A DNA stretch of 64,000 nucleotides. Source: Amphiscolops sp. MND2022 (Eukaryota). A model generated the notes under the pieces. The model saw nothing but the letters and a program-made list of their open reading frames with translations, made no database searches and was not told the origin of the DNA. Numbering within the stretch: position 1 is the first letter of the stretch; the number at the start of each line of letters is the position of its first letter. Position numbers and translations under genes: made by a program. The stretch covers positions 91,886,001 to 91,950,000 of the forward strand of contig OZ076409.1 of NCBI GenBank assembly GCA_964187785.1. Direction: 5' to 3'. Below are positions 1-11,530 of this stretch, one piece after another.

Positions 1-211
1 TCAGTTTGGACATTGTAATAGTTGCCGCTAATTGAATAGCTGAAAAATTCCGGCGTGGCCGCTAATTCGCTAACTAGCGATGTCAATACTCTGGCAATCT
101 TGCAGGACATCAATTGAATGGAATCAAGTGTTTTAAAGCCATTTGCTTACATCTCATGACGTTGTAGAAACGCAGAGGAAAGCCAGAAGTTTATTCTCAA
201 CTATGTCAAGG
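1..211. repeat. Direct duplicate of 1905-2115 (MITE right half plus flank)
   Basis: Appears identical at offset 1904 and runs off the left edge of the window. Confidence 0.92.
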
Positions 212-1440
212 TTAGAACACCTCATTGTTAGAATAGCAAACTACCTAAAAATAAAACCTTTGTAGCAAATTGCCTAGTAGCAAAGGTCCTACAAGCAAAC
301 GTCCTGTAACCCATTTTTACAATATTTCCAAGCTTCGAAAACTTCAAAAAACAATGGAGTAAATTGGAAATGTGAACTTGTCATACTCCTGTTGATAGCA
401 AAAGTTGAGACCTATTGCACTGATCGCAAAATGATAGATTTTGAGAAACATTTCACAACAATATCAAGAACAACTGGGAACAGCCGATGTAGGGGCATCG
501 TTCAAGGTTGAAAAACAGCGATGTATTTAGAACACGCTAGGGACAATTATTTAAAAAACAATTTCAGTTCCCACAAATAGCCAAAATGGTACCATTGAGA
601 CTCGAAAATGGTTTTTACCCTAACAGTGCTATGGAAAGTCTCACAATTAACAATCGTGCTTAAGATTCCACTCTTGGCTTTAGCCAATCAGATAATACTT
701 GTCATCAACTTCTAAGATTCAGACCTTTCCTAGTAAAAGATTGAATATCAGAACATTAAATACCATTATCTTGCAAGAGCGGGCAAACATTAGCAAGATT
801 CCGACAGGGTCAGACAAAATTGACAACATCTCTCAAGATCAGGCAAATATTACCAAGATATTACAGGTCACCTGGCAAATTAATGCATTAAAATGGAAGA
901 TATTGCATGAAGAATCTGCTGAGTTTTTTGCAGAATTTGTCTGAAGTTTCAACTAGGGACTCTCAGAATGATGGAGAAAAAGAATAAAACTGTTTTGCTG
1001 GGAATGTGGTTTCCATGAAACTCAAAATAATTGGTGTGTGATGCGCATCGTTTATAATTTGTACCCTAAAACCAAAATGATTTCAGTGCAGATGGAAAAA
1101 AAACGTTTGATCAGCCGTTGAATGAAAATTCACTTAAACAATATTTTCAACTTAAAACTACCTCAAAAACAAAAATCACGAGGTGGCCTTGTTTCTTGTC
1201 TCTAACAAAAAGTGCTCTAAACAATGCAGATAAAAGCTTGCATCCAATATACATGCGGCTTATACTAGTCTATTAAACAAATGAGTATTGCTTATAGTGA
1301 CATAACATAGTAAAAGGACGTGCAGATATGAAGAAAGTCATTTTTGAAAACGTTTTGGAAATTTGAACAAAAAGGGGTGAAGAAATGGATTTTGTTCAAG
1401 ATGGGGTAACATTATGGGGTGGTAATACTGAATACGTTAC

Positions 1441-1590
1441 CTTGCACCCATTAAACCTCCTCCACCTCCGCTTACGTCATCAGGCATGCCTAGTGAAATT
1501 TGATCAGGCGCGTGGCGAGACTTCTCTCCTCCTCCGCCCCCGCCCCCCGAAGAAAACTTGAAGCGGGAAGACAGGCGAGAAGTCGAAGTG
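1441..1590 (-). CDS. MARK: MARK tail exon: TSTSRLSSRFKFSSGGGGGGGEKSRHAPDQISLGMPDDVSGGGGGLMGA
   Basis: acgcag|C...AG|gtaacg; 150 nt, phase 2-2, GC-rich island. The gene continues beyond position 1, as no KA1 domain is seen in the window. Confidence 0.8.
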
Positions 1591-1669
1591 CTGCGTGCGA
1601 ATAAAAGTCATTTTAGCTAGTCAAATTTTCCTATTTTTTCCTTCCAATACTGAAAACCATAGTTATTTT

Positions 1670-1997
1670 CAGGGTTTTGACATCGCTAATTTTTTTCCCG
1701 AATCGCTAAACCGCTAATTTCAAATTCGTTGAAAAGTTTTCCAAAATATTGGATGTTTGTCTTGGAGTATATTTTGAAATTAAATGATAACTTTAGTTTT
1801 GCAAAAAAAAAAGAATTTTTTCATAATTAGTGGGTTTTACAAGGGTAAGAGTTGAAATTTTCGAAATTTATTTTGAAACTCCATGTAAGATTCCAAGTAA
1901 ATTTTCAGTTTGGACATTGTAATAGTTGCCGCTAATTGAATAGCTGAAAAATTCCGGCGTGGCCGCTAATTCGCTAACTAGCGATGTCAATACTCTG
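1670..1997. mobile_element. MITE (hAT-like CAG termini), family A
   Basis: TIR CAGGGTTTTGACATCGCTA / TAGCGATGTCAATACTCTG with CGCTAA subterminal repeats. Related copy at 31485-31842. Confidence 0.75.
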
Positions 1998-2405
1998 GCA
2001 ATCTTGCAGGACATCAATTGAATGGAATCAAGTGTTTTAAAGCCATTTGCTTACATCTCATGACGTTGTAGAAACGCAGAGGAAAGCCAGAAGTTTATTC
2101 TCAACTATGTCAAGGAAAAATGAATATTAAAATCAGCCTGAGCTGAGGAGTATCTCATCTCCAAACCTTTTCATTCTGCCAGTGTCGTTTAGGCATTTAG
2201 TTTAGGCAAGTTAGCTTGGTGAGAAATTGAACATACTAAAAAAATGAGAACTACGCTTTTGTTGTATACATACCTAAGAAAGACCAGACAAACGTGGACT
2301 TAAGCGGCATGTGAAAACGGAGCGAAAAGACATATGCTCGAAATTCTGATCGAAGGAACTTATTTTTATACTTTTTTTCATTATTGAAATTTAAAAAATT
2401 TTAGT

Positions 2406-4033
2406 TAGGGATGTGCCGGAATTATTATCCGGCCGGAAATTCCGGCCGGAACAGGAAATTTTCTGGTTCCGGTATCCGGCCGGAACAAGAATAATTCCGG
2501 CCGGATTTTCTAAGCAATATTTGTCTCTGTAAAAACAGTTTTTGTTTCAGAAAACTCAATTTCAGGATTTATTTTTCCTTCAGGTTATGATGAAGAAACA
2601 GAAGTTTCTCGCTATTTTTTGGAAGTAATCGACTCCGCTTTTCCTCGTACACGTTCCCAAATTCGGAGAAGAGTCGTTCAGAATAAACAGATGAAGGCGG
2701 TGCCGAAAAATACTTTTTGAAAAGATTCTTCAAATTGGGGTATGATTCGATATTTTTCCACCATACGTATGGATTTGTATCTTCTGAGACGCAAAGTTCT
2801 GTAAAGTATTTTCCTATCTCTTCAGTAGCCCCCTCAGGAGTGCCATTATTCGGTTCAGGGATTGTCTCGGCCACTTCAGCAAGACATGACTGTAAACTGG
2901 TTTTGGCTTTTTTGGCAGGCACTTGGTGAGTTTGTACTTCCGTAACAATCGGTAAAAGTTTCGAAAATTCTTCCGCAATCCACGTTTTTGCGCGGTCTTT
3001 CAAGTTTTGCAGCCTAAAAAATTTCAGCTTATACCGTGGATCTAGCGCTGTTGAAATAACATGGAGTTTTGACTCCAAAATACTGGAACCAGATGCCAGA
3101 AATCTTATTTGCAAGTTCTGCCGAAGTACTTCTTTAGTTGTCTGAACACCATGGTCATTTTCTCCAATTTTTGACAAAAAATGATCGATAGCCAAAATAT
3201 TTGGAATTACAACTGAAATTGTCGCTCCATCAGAACTCAGTGTCTTTGTGAAATCAAAAAATGGTTCCAGCAAAACAACCAGATTTTCAGTAATTTTCCA
3301 TTCGTTGGCTGACACTATCAGAGTGGTCTCCACAATAGGCCTGTAAAAATCGCTTGATTTTGAGAGCTCTGCTCAAGGTACTGAAGGTACCCAATAAGTT
3401 CTTTAAATCCCTGATCTTCGACAATTGAAAATGGTTGATTGTCCAATGCCATCATCCTGATGATTTTCTTATGAATAACCACCGATTTCGCGTCTTTGAT
3501 GTCCCATGGATTCAGACTGCTGAACGCGTCTTTAAGAGTTGGCTGGTTAATTCCAGGTTTACTCGCGGTTTTTGAAGTCGGAGATGCTGCGCTTTTCGCC
3601 TTGCCGTATTCGCTGGGATGGTGTTTTTCTGCATGCTTGTGAAGTGGTGTGGTAGAAAAACTCCGATTTGTAACATTTGCTGATCCCCGATGCACAGATT
3701 TCTTGCACAGATTACAAACTGCAATATGTGCCTCGTTTTCTTTTTCCGTAAATAGAACCCACACAAAAGATGACATAGTGGACACTGAAATACATTCACA
3801 GGTACATACACATTTCTGAGAAAAACTACGAAGTGACTGCGAATGTTTTCTTTTATTAAAACCGTGTAAATAAAAACAATTTCTCAGAAATATGTAATTT
3901 AGTTTCGTATATAATGAGCAAAGTTCCGGCCGTAACCGTTTCTCAGAATTCCGGCATAATTCCGGCCGGATCGTTTTCAAAATTCCGGTCCGGTTCCGGC
4001 CGGAACGACAAATCATGTTCCGGCACATCTCTA
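2406..4033 (-). mobile_element. hAT DNA transposon, internally deleted (ZBED-like transposase remnant)
   Basis: TIRs TAG[G/A]GATGTGCCGGAA, 8-bp TSD ATTTTAGT (2398-2405 / 4034-4041) and CCGG-rich subterminal repeats. BED finger (VW..F...C.LC...H....H) and hAT dimerization domain (SSVYSERLFS) are present; the central catalytic region is missing. Confidence 0.95.
2569..3776 (-). pseudogene. hAT transposase pseudogene (BED finger fused to C-terminal part, deleted and frameshifted)
   Basis: ORFs 3318-4028 and 2569-3333 lie in different frames, and the segment carrying the first two catalytic Asp residues is absent. Confidence 0.85.
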
Positions 4034-4400
4034 ATTTTAGTAAAAAACTAGGTTCTCAAAACAGAAGACCAAAACATCCACATTTGCAGTCGTCGAGAGA
4101 AGTCTAAATTTTTGAGTTAATATAGTAGCCTCCCCTCCCCCAGTATATATTTTCTATATAAAACAGATACGTATAAGCCGAACAACATCCATTATAAATC
4201 TGGATCTTGCAATAATTCGAAGCAGCCGCTGTCTGAGCAAGTTAGCGAGAGGCTTTTGCTCAATACTGATTCGAAACCAGAGCGCAGTTTGGTTTAGAGA
4301 TTTTAATTTCTGGATATTACAGAAGAGTGCTATCAGGCCCGTTATGTTCTTGATATGATCATGGTGAAGTTGAACTAGTGTTGTTTTCAGTGCAACTTAC

Positions 4401-4607
4401 GGACTAAACAAGTTAGAGAATGGAATGGGGATTTGGGTGGGATTGAACAGTTTGGAATGTAAGTAAGAATGAAGATAACTGGTGTTCGATTGCGACTGAT
4501 CGTTGCCATAGTTACGGTCAGGCTCATTAGGAACGCGGCAACTGGTATCCCTAGCCGTATTTGAGATCCTATCTGAGCCCATAACGAATGGACTTATCAA
4601 AGACACA
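4401..4607 (-). CDS. Candidate MARK cassette exon: VSLISPFVMGSDRISNTARD...FSNLFS
   Basis: tttcag|T...CC|gtaagt; 207 nt, phase 2-2, open frame, consensus splice sites. Composition is less typical than neighbouring exons. Confidence 0.55.
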
Positions 4608-5104
4608 CTGAAACGCAATACCATCTTAAATCACAAGTTCACTCTATTAAGCCAGCTGTTAAAACCGGGACAGCACAAATTGTAGAGACCAATAGAATTG
4701 AAAACTGAATCTGGTTAGGAAGAAGGAGTTTAATTGAGAAAATGGAAATCAATTGATAAAGCAGAAAAGTTTAAAATAAAAGATGGTGTGAGATAAGGAG
4801 AGATCCCAATGTTCCAGTTGTTGTAAGGAGGACGTCGGCGAATTTTGAAAGCAGTTCTTCATTCGAGATCAATTCATTTAGGTCATTGGGTGACTGTCGT
4901 TTCAGAAATGATGCTTGACTGGATGCTATCATTATGACTGAATGGGTTGAGATCCATACTAGTACTTGCTAAGAACAACTTTGGGACGGCAGTTGGCTTT
5001 GCCGTGACGTCTATAGATCATGGAAGCGAAATTGAAGAAGATGATTAAAAGATAGAAACCGTGATTTGAAAAACAGCTATTGTCAGTATCATGACTGTAC
5101 TCAC

Positions 5105-5530
5105 AAAATGCTTGAGGATGAGACATTATTAGCACCAGCGGTTTGAGGACCCCGACGGGGTCCCAGGGCGGCAGTATTGATGCCCCCGCTGGCCTCTCTG
5201 TTGTTTTGTGGAACTGACTGCTTCGCGTTGGGGGTGGCGGCCGTTGCGGGGGAGGGGTTTGAGGCGGCAGCAGATGAGGAGTTAACTCTTCTGGGGGTGG
5301 AGGGAGAGGGGGCATTGAAAGATGAGGAATTGCTATTGCTGTTGGCAATGTTAGGTAGGTTGGAGCAATTGGCGGCCGAGTGAGGGGGACTTAAATGATT
5401 ATTAATAAACTGAGAGTCTCTGGAAGCAGACGAGGAAGTAGCAATGCTACTGGGAGCCGCCCCATACGCAGAAGCAGAGGTAAGGGTCGAGGAATAGTTC
5501 AACCTGCGAGACCCTTTACCTTCTGACGCG
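5105..5530 (-). CDS. MARK: MARK tail exon: ASEGKGSRRLNYSS...NNVSSSSI
   Basis: gtatag|C...TT|gtgagt; 426 nt, phase 2-2. The ORF-track stop at 5101 lies inside the GTGAGT donor. Confidence 0.8.
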
Positions 5531-5709
5531 CTATACAAAAAGCGAAACCACATTAAACACACATTCCAAATTTAAGTGACTCGATCTTACAAGGGCAATA
5601 ATTCATGAAGCAAACTTGGATGGCAATACTGATCACTGAAGCAAGGTCATAGTGTGAATGAGGTTTTACGGCGGTGAACTCTGAAAACCTACGCCTACCA
5701 GCGACTAAC

Positions 5710-5997
5710 CTCCTCTTAAAAGTGGTGGAAATGCGACCAATGAGGGATTGTTGGGTGGGATTGTTCCTGTTGAAGCCTTGGGAAGAGCCGTCCGGGTTGA
5801 GTGTTGAGGAAGGGGAAGCACTAGAACTGTGAAGAAGATTGCCTTGTTGAGTTGCGGAGCGTGTGAGGGGACTGTTGTTGGCAGAGGAGACATTGGTGCT
5901 ACCCCCGTACACTGCTCCTGTTCTGGAGTTTGAAGACAGAGTCGACATATCAATTGTCTGTTGCGGCGAGTTCAGCATCATCCGGTGATCAGTTGAC
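5710..5997 (-). CDS. MARK: MARK spacer exon: STDHRMMLNSP...QSLIGRISTTFKRR
   Basis: gtttag|G...AG|gttagt; 288 nt, phase 2-2. Ends in a basic amphipathic motif like MARK SIFSKFTSKFVRR. Confidence 0.87.
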
Positions 5998-6376
5998 CTA
6001 AACCCCAAAAACCCATGTTGACCCTAACAATCATAGACTCTGATGTGAATGATCAATAACTACACTGTGATTAGAATGTTAACATTGGAAACAAAAGATG
6101 TAGTAATTTTGTTTGATGCGCTCAATTCTGCGAGCAGCGAATTTCGGCGTTGATGAATATTGCTCATAGTTCAATACAAAGATTATAGCGGATCACGCAA
6201 TTCCCTAAAACAGGGCAATTTCTTTTCGAACAGAACTTAGAAGCAAAGTCAGTTAAGCATTTACCAAGACAGAGCCATCTAAAGTCGGCGCCCCATTCAA
6301 GACAAGTCTTTCAAATCTACTCAGGGGTGGCTTTTAAATGCAAATGCCTACAATCGCAAATTTAAAATTTTTTTGG

Positions 6377-6450
6377 ACCAGCTGCGGGTTTCGGACCCAC
6401 GAATTCATACCCACACGCAGTCACACACGCTAACCACTAGGCCAAGTGGT
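6377..6450 (-). other. tRNA-derived remnant (SINE head or tRNA pseudogene)
   Basis: Minus strand has the A-box-like TGGCCTAGTGG and the B-box-like GGTCCGAAACC at tRNA spacing; no clean cloverleaf. Confidence 0.4.
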
Positions 6451-6587
6451 GTGAACAAAATCTGTTGGAAAACGGACCAGTCAGATGCATTCTGTGGTTG
6501 GTCTGGAGAAAAAACTAGTAACTGTAACAGTTGGGCACATTTTAGTTTATAATGTGCCCACTGAAACTTGACTTGCACACTAATGAC

Positions 6588-6788
6588 CTGAGAGCGCCAC
6601 TGATTGTGGATCTGCCTGGAGTGTTCCTGGCTAAATGGGGCGAAGCTGTGCTCTGTTGCTGCCATCTAGCCGAGTTGGGGGCCACGATCACGCTGTTTTG
6701 CGCTCCAGACAAAGAGGTGTTACCTCCGGACACAGAACTGTTCACAACAGTAGTGCTACTCAACGGGATGGCCATCGATCCGGGTCTT
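6588..6788 (-). CDS. MARK: MARK spacer exon: RPGSMAIPLSS...HLARNTPGRSTISGAL
   Basis: tttcag|A...AG|gtcatt; 201 nt, phase 2-2. The ARNTPGRSTISG motif resembles the Par-1 PR..SRSTFH.G aPKC site. Confidence 0.85.
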
Positions 6789-6897
6789 CTGAAAGACACA
6801 CACAACAACTCACAAGTAGAGAAGAAAGAAATGTTGTCACCCTTTTTGAAATGATACAAATAAAGCACAATTGTGAAAGATTCGGGTATGCAATGAG

Positions 6898-7302
6898 GGT
6901 GTCAGGACATTTCATTCTAAGCAATTTCAGCCGCTCCCAATTTCAACCTATTGCATTTTCAACCTTCCGCAATTTCAGTCTAAATTAATTTTGGTGGCCA
7001 ATGGATCCGAATTTAATTAGTTATATAATCATTTTAGGTTTTTCATTTCAGACATTTCTAAATTCAAAGGTCCTAATTTTTACTCCAGTCTTGATACGTT
7101 TTGGCTTCTTCATGAATAATTACCATCAATCAAGGCTGTTTGATCCATTTTACTAACCATTGTACTGAAACGATACCTCAAACGAATTAGGAGCGAGTAA
7201 ATAGCCATAATCAGTTTAGATCGAAATTGCGGAAAGTTCAAAATGCAAAAGGTTGAAATTGTCAATGGTTGAAATTAGCATAGAACAAAATTTCGTGTAA
7301 CC
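6898..7302. mobile_element. MITE with 9-bp TSD (Mutator-like), family B
   Basis: Imperfect TIRs GGTGTCAGGACATTTC / GGTTACACGAAATTT; TSD tGCAATGAG / cGCAATGAG. Inverted homologue at 51417-51813. Confidence 0.75.
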
Positions 7303-7755
7303 CGCAATGAGATGAAACATTCAGCAAAAAACAGCACGCATATCTGATAATATTTGGTCCCTGAGATAAAGTCCTGAGTAAATCAAGCCTTACTTTGTCC
7401 CTTAATAAGCGATATTAAATTGAACCTATTCGCATGTGAATCTCAACCCAAGAGCGCCAATGTTCAAAGCCATGGAGAATGCATTATCACACAAAGTATC
7501 CGACAAAAAATAAAGATTGTTTCACCTTTGATGTTTCATTTCTGACCGTATTTGAATGGAAAGTTTTGCAGGAGAGAAATAGTATGAAAATTGATTGATA
7601 TCAAAAAGGAAATGAGAATCAAACTGAACGAGTACGAACTTCGTGTTCTTTCGCCTCCTGAAATATGTTTCAAAATGTTATTCCACATACCCCCAAACGT
7701 CAAGAAAGCTCCGATTAAAATACAGCAAATAAACATCACTGTTAACAATCATCAC

Positions 7756-7996
7756 GTGTTAACGGGATTGCTGTGCAGAGTCGAATTATGTAGCGTCGAA
7801 AAATGGGCAAAATTATCTAGGATCGAACTGTAATTTGAAATTATGTAGAATCGAAAGAAGTGACAATTTATTCATATTATACCATTGTTATAGTGCCCTG
7901 TAAAATTCAATCCTACATAATTCGACCCTAGAAATTTCAGTTGCAATTTTCGATTCTAAAGAATTCGACTCTGGAGAGGCAACTCCATGTTAACAC
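7756..7996. repeat. Foldback/MITE-like inverted repeat
   Basis: GTGTTAAC...AGAGTCGAATT at left and AATTCGACTCT...GTTAACAC at right; no clear TSD. Confidence 0.5.
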
Positions 7997-8471
7997 ATCA
8001 GTTGACATCCATGCAAAAAGAACAAAAAATGCGAGCTAAAGGTTATGAATGAAAATTGATTCAACGAAGGAACCCCAAGAAATGCGATCATTTTTATTCC
8101 CAATAAAATTTCCTGCCAAACATCCCTTGTTTAAATAATCAAGGAATATATCGCGGAAATAGAATGCCAGATGAAATAGGTTATGAAAAACGCAATTACA
8201 GGTGGAAAATTAGAGCTGGCCAATTAACTTTATTCAAAGTATTCCGATTTTTAATCGATATGCTCAAATGTTTTTTTCTTGCAATGAAGGCAATGAAATA
8301 GTTTCTTCATTTCAGAACATCTAATGCAAGTTTCGCTCCATTTTCATTTTATTTCAAATGTCACAGAGGATAGGATAGTGGCCAGCCCCAATTATTGGCA
8401 ATCAAACTAAAAGTAGCAAGATTAGCACACTTTGCGTCAATTCAATTTCGTGGGAAAATATGAAGAATTAC

Positions 8472-8516
8472 CCTCTTTTCGGCAAAGTCAATCCCCATGG
8501 CTCGTCAAGGCCGCCG
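8472..8516 (-). CDS. Candidate 45-nt cassette microexon (GGLDEPWGLTLPKR)
   Basis: aatcag|C GGC...AGA GG|gtaatt; phase 2-2, open frame, GC-rich islet in an AT-rich intron. Confidence 0.5.
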
Positions 8517-9404
8517 CTGATTGTGCATAAGCATAGTTAATTCAATTCCTTAACTTGTCATCCAATAATCTAAACCTGGTATCCTTTTTTCAAGCCTGAT
8601 TTCTCTTTCTCCCTACGTTACATTATAGGTGACCATTCTCGCTGGATTTTGATTTTACTGCATTTAGGAGACATTACAAACAGCCAGATTTTACATGTTG
8701 TCCAAAAATTTAGAGGTACACGAAGAAAACGTTTGGCGACGAACTTTAGCAGCATATTTCACCAAAAAAAATTAATCTAAAACGTACTGAATATTGATTG
8801 TATCACAGGAAACGGGAGGCGGAAATTACATCGTATTGTCGAATACAGAAATTTTGTCGTCAGAAATTGCAATTACAAACTTATTTTCAAAACTACGTCA
8901 AAAAATAAAGAAAAAATAGAAATCCACGTCCTTCCTCACTCAAGAATAATGCGACATCGGAAAAAACTGGGCTGATTTAGTTATCAAGGAATTTTACTTG
9001 ATTCTGAAAACTCTCGAGAACATTCATTAGTGCAAAATCACGTTTTATAAAGCTGAATATTATTAAAAACTCCATAGACCGTTCAAATTTATCATGTCAA
9101 AGCATACATGGTTTAACGGTAACATTTGCATTCACAACATTTTATACATTGCGTTCCATAACGTTTAGCGCACAAGAAAAACAACATGGAAAATGATTGA
9201 CGTCCAGCTCGTTATGGGAACGATGGTGTTTAAAATGTAAAATGGAGTGTATTCGAAAATAAACGGTTCAAAGTTCACTCAAGTGACAGCACATTTGCCT
9301 TTCATTGGTGATTCGTTCGCCAAATTAACCGAAGATGGGTCTAATCTTAATAGCTTGTTGAAGACTCTAGCATTGAAAAACAAATGAAACAAAAACGAAT
9401 TTTC

Positions 9405-9860
9405 GGACCATGTCATCTATCCCCCCAGACTTGCTGGGAATCCCCCCCCCCCAACACGAAAGCACATTTTGTTCTTGAATAAAAATATTTCACTAAAAGA
9501 GAATATTATTTGAATGTATATACTTAGAGGATTGTCTCTACAAATGTTTGGACACTTCAGGTAAAAAAAATTACCATAATTTCTTAATATTATTGTCCAA
9601 AATAACAGAAATTCACCTTTGGAACAATCGTATAAAGCTGAAATCGTATAGAAAGGCCCCCATTTCAGAGGAAATTTTGTCCGCTATAAAATCTAATGAG
9701 CAACTTTTAACTGAAAGTCAATGTAATGGATAGGATTGTGTCGACATCAATTATTTTATTGGACCAAAATTTCAACGCAAACGAGGTCGACATAATGGCA
9801 TTTGAAGCTTCTGTCTTATTTCCCCCCGCCGCAGTTTATAGGCAATAGATGACATGGTCC
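9405..9860. mobile_element. MITE with 8-bp TSD and GG termini (Merlin-like or unclassified)
   Basis: Perfect 16-bp TIR GGACCATGTCATCTAT; TSD GAATTTTC on both sides. Confidence 0.8.
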
Positions 9861-10429
9861 GAATTTTCCGTAAATTATCAGGCACTTATCGGATACATGT
9901 TTAGATTGAAAAACTTACGGAGAGACGGCGCGCAGAAAACGCAGTCTGAGATTTCATCCTTACGTCATCGATTCATAATGCAAAAACTGTAAAAAAACTC
10001 AACTGATCAATAAAAAATGCTAAAGACTACAGTGCTGTGGATAAGGAACTAAAACGAGACGCAATTGGAGAAAATATTAACAGCTGTTAATTGCAAATTC
10101 ATATTTTTTGCAAATAATTTCAAAACATTTTCACTAAGTTTCAACGTTCGTTCGAAACACCACTGTTGAATCGCATTTCTCACATTCTTCAACTCAAATT
10201 ACTCTTTCGTGAGAGTTTTTAGGACCTTCGAGCATAAGAAAAAATGTTAAATATTCGGTCAAAATCGTTTTTCGTCCAAAAATCGGTTTAACTGATTCGG
10301 TGAAAAACAATTCCATCGGTTTTCGGTTAAAAACTATGTTAAATTTCATTTAATCAGACATCACTGCTTTTCAAGAACGTTCTGCGAATCGTGGCCGTTT
10401 AAGTTCGCCACTTTTATGTTTGCCACATA

Positions 10430-11530
10430 CACTATGGTACCAGAAAGCTACGTACACCTGTTGAATTTTTAAAAACTGAGAGGAAAATTTGAAATTTAAA
10501 CAGAAAAAAAATATAATCAAATTAGGAGACAAACACACTAATAACCAATCATATTTCCATCGTTTTTTATAGTTTTTACGAGGCGACTCTCATAAGATGC
10601 GTACATATTTCGGATAATTTCGGGACTGATATTGTTCCAAATATCAATCACTGTTTCTTCCAAATTTTCCCACGTTAGAGTTTGTCCTTGCAGGGATTTC
10701 TTCAGTATAGCCCAAATATTTTCCATGGGGTTCAAATCAGGACTATACGGAGGCCATTCGAGCACATCCCACTTCTTTTCACTTAGATAGTTGGAAACCT
10801 CTCTGCTTCTGTGAATTGGGGCATTATCGTGCTGGAAAACAATGTCCGGTAGGTGCAAATTTCTGTCATACTTTTCAAGAATTTCGACATAGCCGCTGCT
10901 ATTGAGTGTTGCCGGGCATCTAATTAGCATCTTCCTGCCATCCGATCGAATAGCTCCCCAGAACATAAGCGAGCGTTTATCAGTGTTCTGCCCTTGAATA
11001 TTTTTTGAGTGGAAACGCGATCCTTTTTCTCGGAAAACTCTTACAATACCGTCACTGTTCAGACGCACACGAGTTTCATCAGTGAAAACCACATTTTCCC
11101 AGAATCCTTTTCCATCCAGCCAAGATTATTATGTAAAACTTCATGAGAAAAAGAATAGCAAAAGTAGAGTACTACAAAAATCTGCGATAATAAAAAACAA
11201 AAGAAAAAGTCAGAAAAAGTTGAAACACTTTGTCGATAAATTTGAGGCTTAAGCAGGTCACCGACTTACGCTGTTCCCCGATTGTTTACGGTTCTTAGTC
11301 GGCGCTTATATCAAAAAGTGCCCGACTATTACAATGACATTTATTTTTTGATAACCCAATCTCGCGAAGAGTAACAATTTTGCAAACCAAAAATGAATCA
11401 AGCGGTTTAACCATTTTCGAAGCACAACTTCCGGTAACTGATTGAAATTGTTCACAAATGTTTTCATTTTTTTTTGACTTGAAAAAAATTCAAAAAATTC
11501 AGCTGTACTTAGCTTTTTGGTACCATAGTG
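10430..11530 (-). mobile_element. Tc1-like DNA transposon, internally deleted
   Basis: TA TSDs and TIR CACTATGGTACCA[G/A]AAAGCTA[C/A]GTACA. Inserted in an older foldback repeat (about 10390-11680). Confidence 0.93.
10538..11092 (-). pseudogene. Tc1 transposase catalytic domain only (DD34E)
   Basis: VFTDE...FQHDNAPIH...WPPYSPDLNPME with 34 residues between the second D and the E; the N-terminal HTH region is absent. Confidence 0.9.

Noticed and set aside
3318..4028. Domesticated BED-finger host gene
   Set aside because: Enclosed by intact TIRs and a TSD and broken by a deletion, so it is a transposon derivative.
4965..5009. Possible 45-nt phase-2 exon (RHGKANCRPKVVLS)
   Set aside because: Weak donor (gtacta) and no supporting compositional signal.
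5101..5104. Apparent MARK stop codon giving a KA1-less protein
   Set aside because: The TGA is part of a consensus GTGAGT donor and an in-frame exon follows at 1441-1590. Stops in phase-2 GTRA donors are expected.
6377..6450. Functional tRNA gene
   Set aside because: Degenerate B-box and no convincing acceptor or anticodon stems; kept only as a tRNA-derived remnant.
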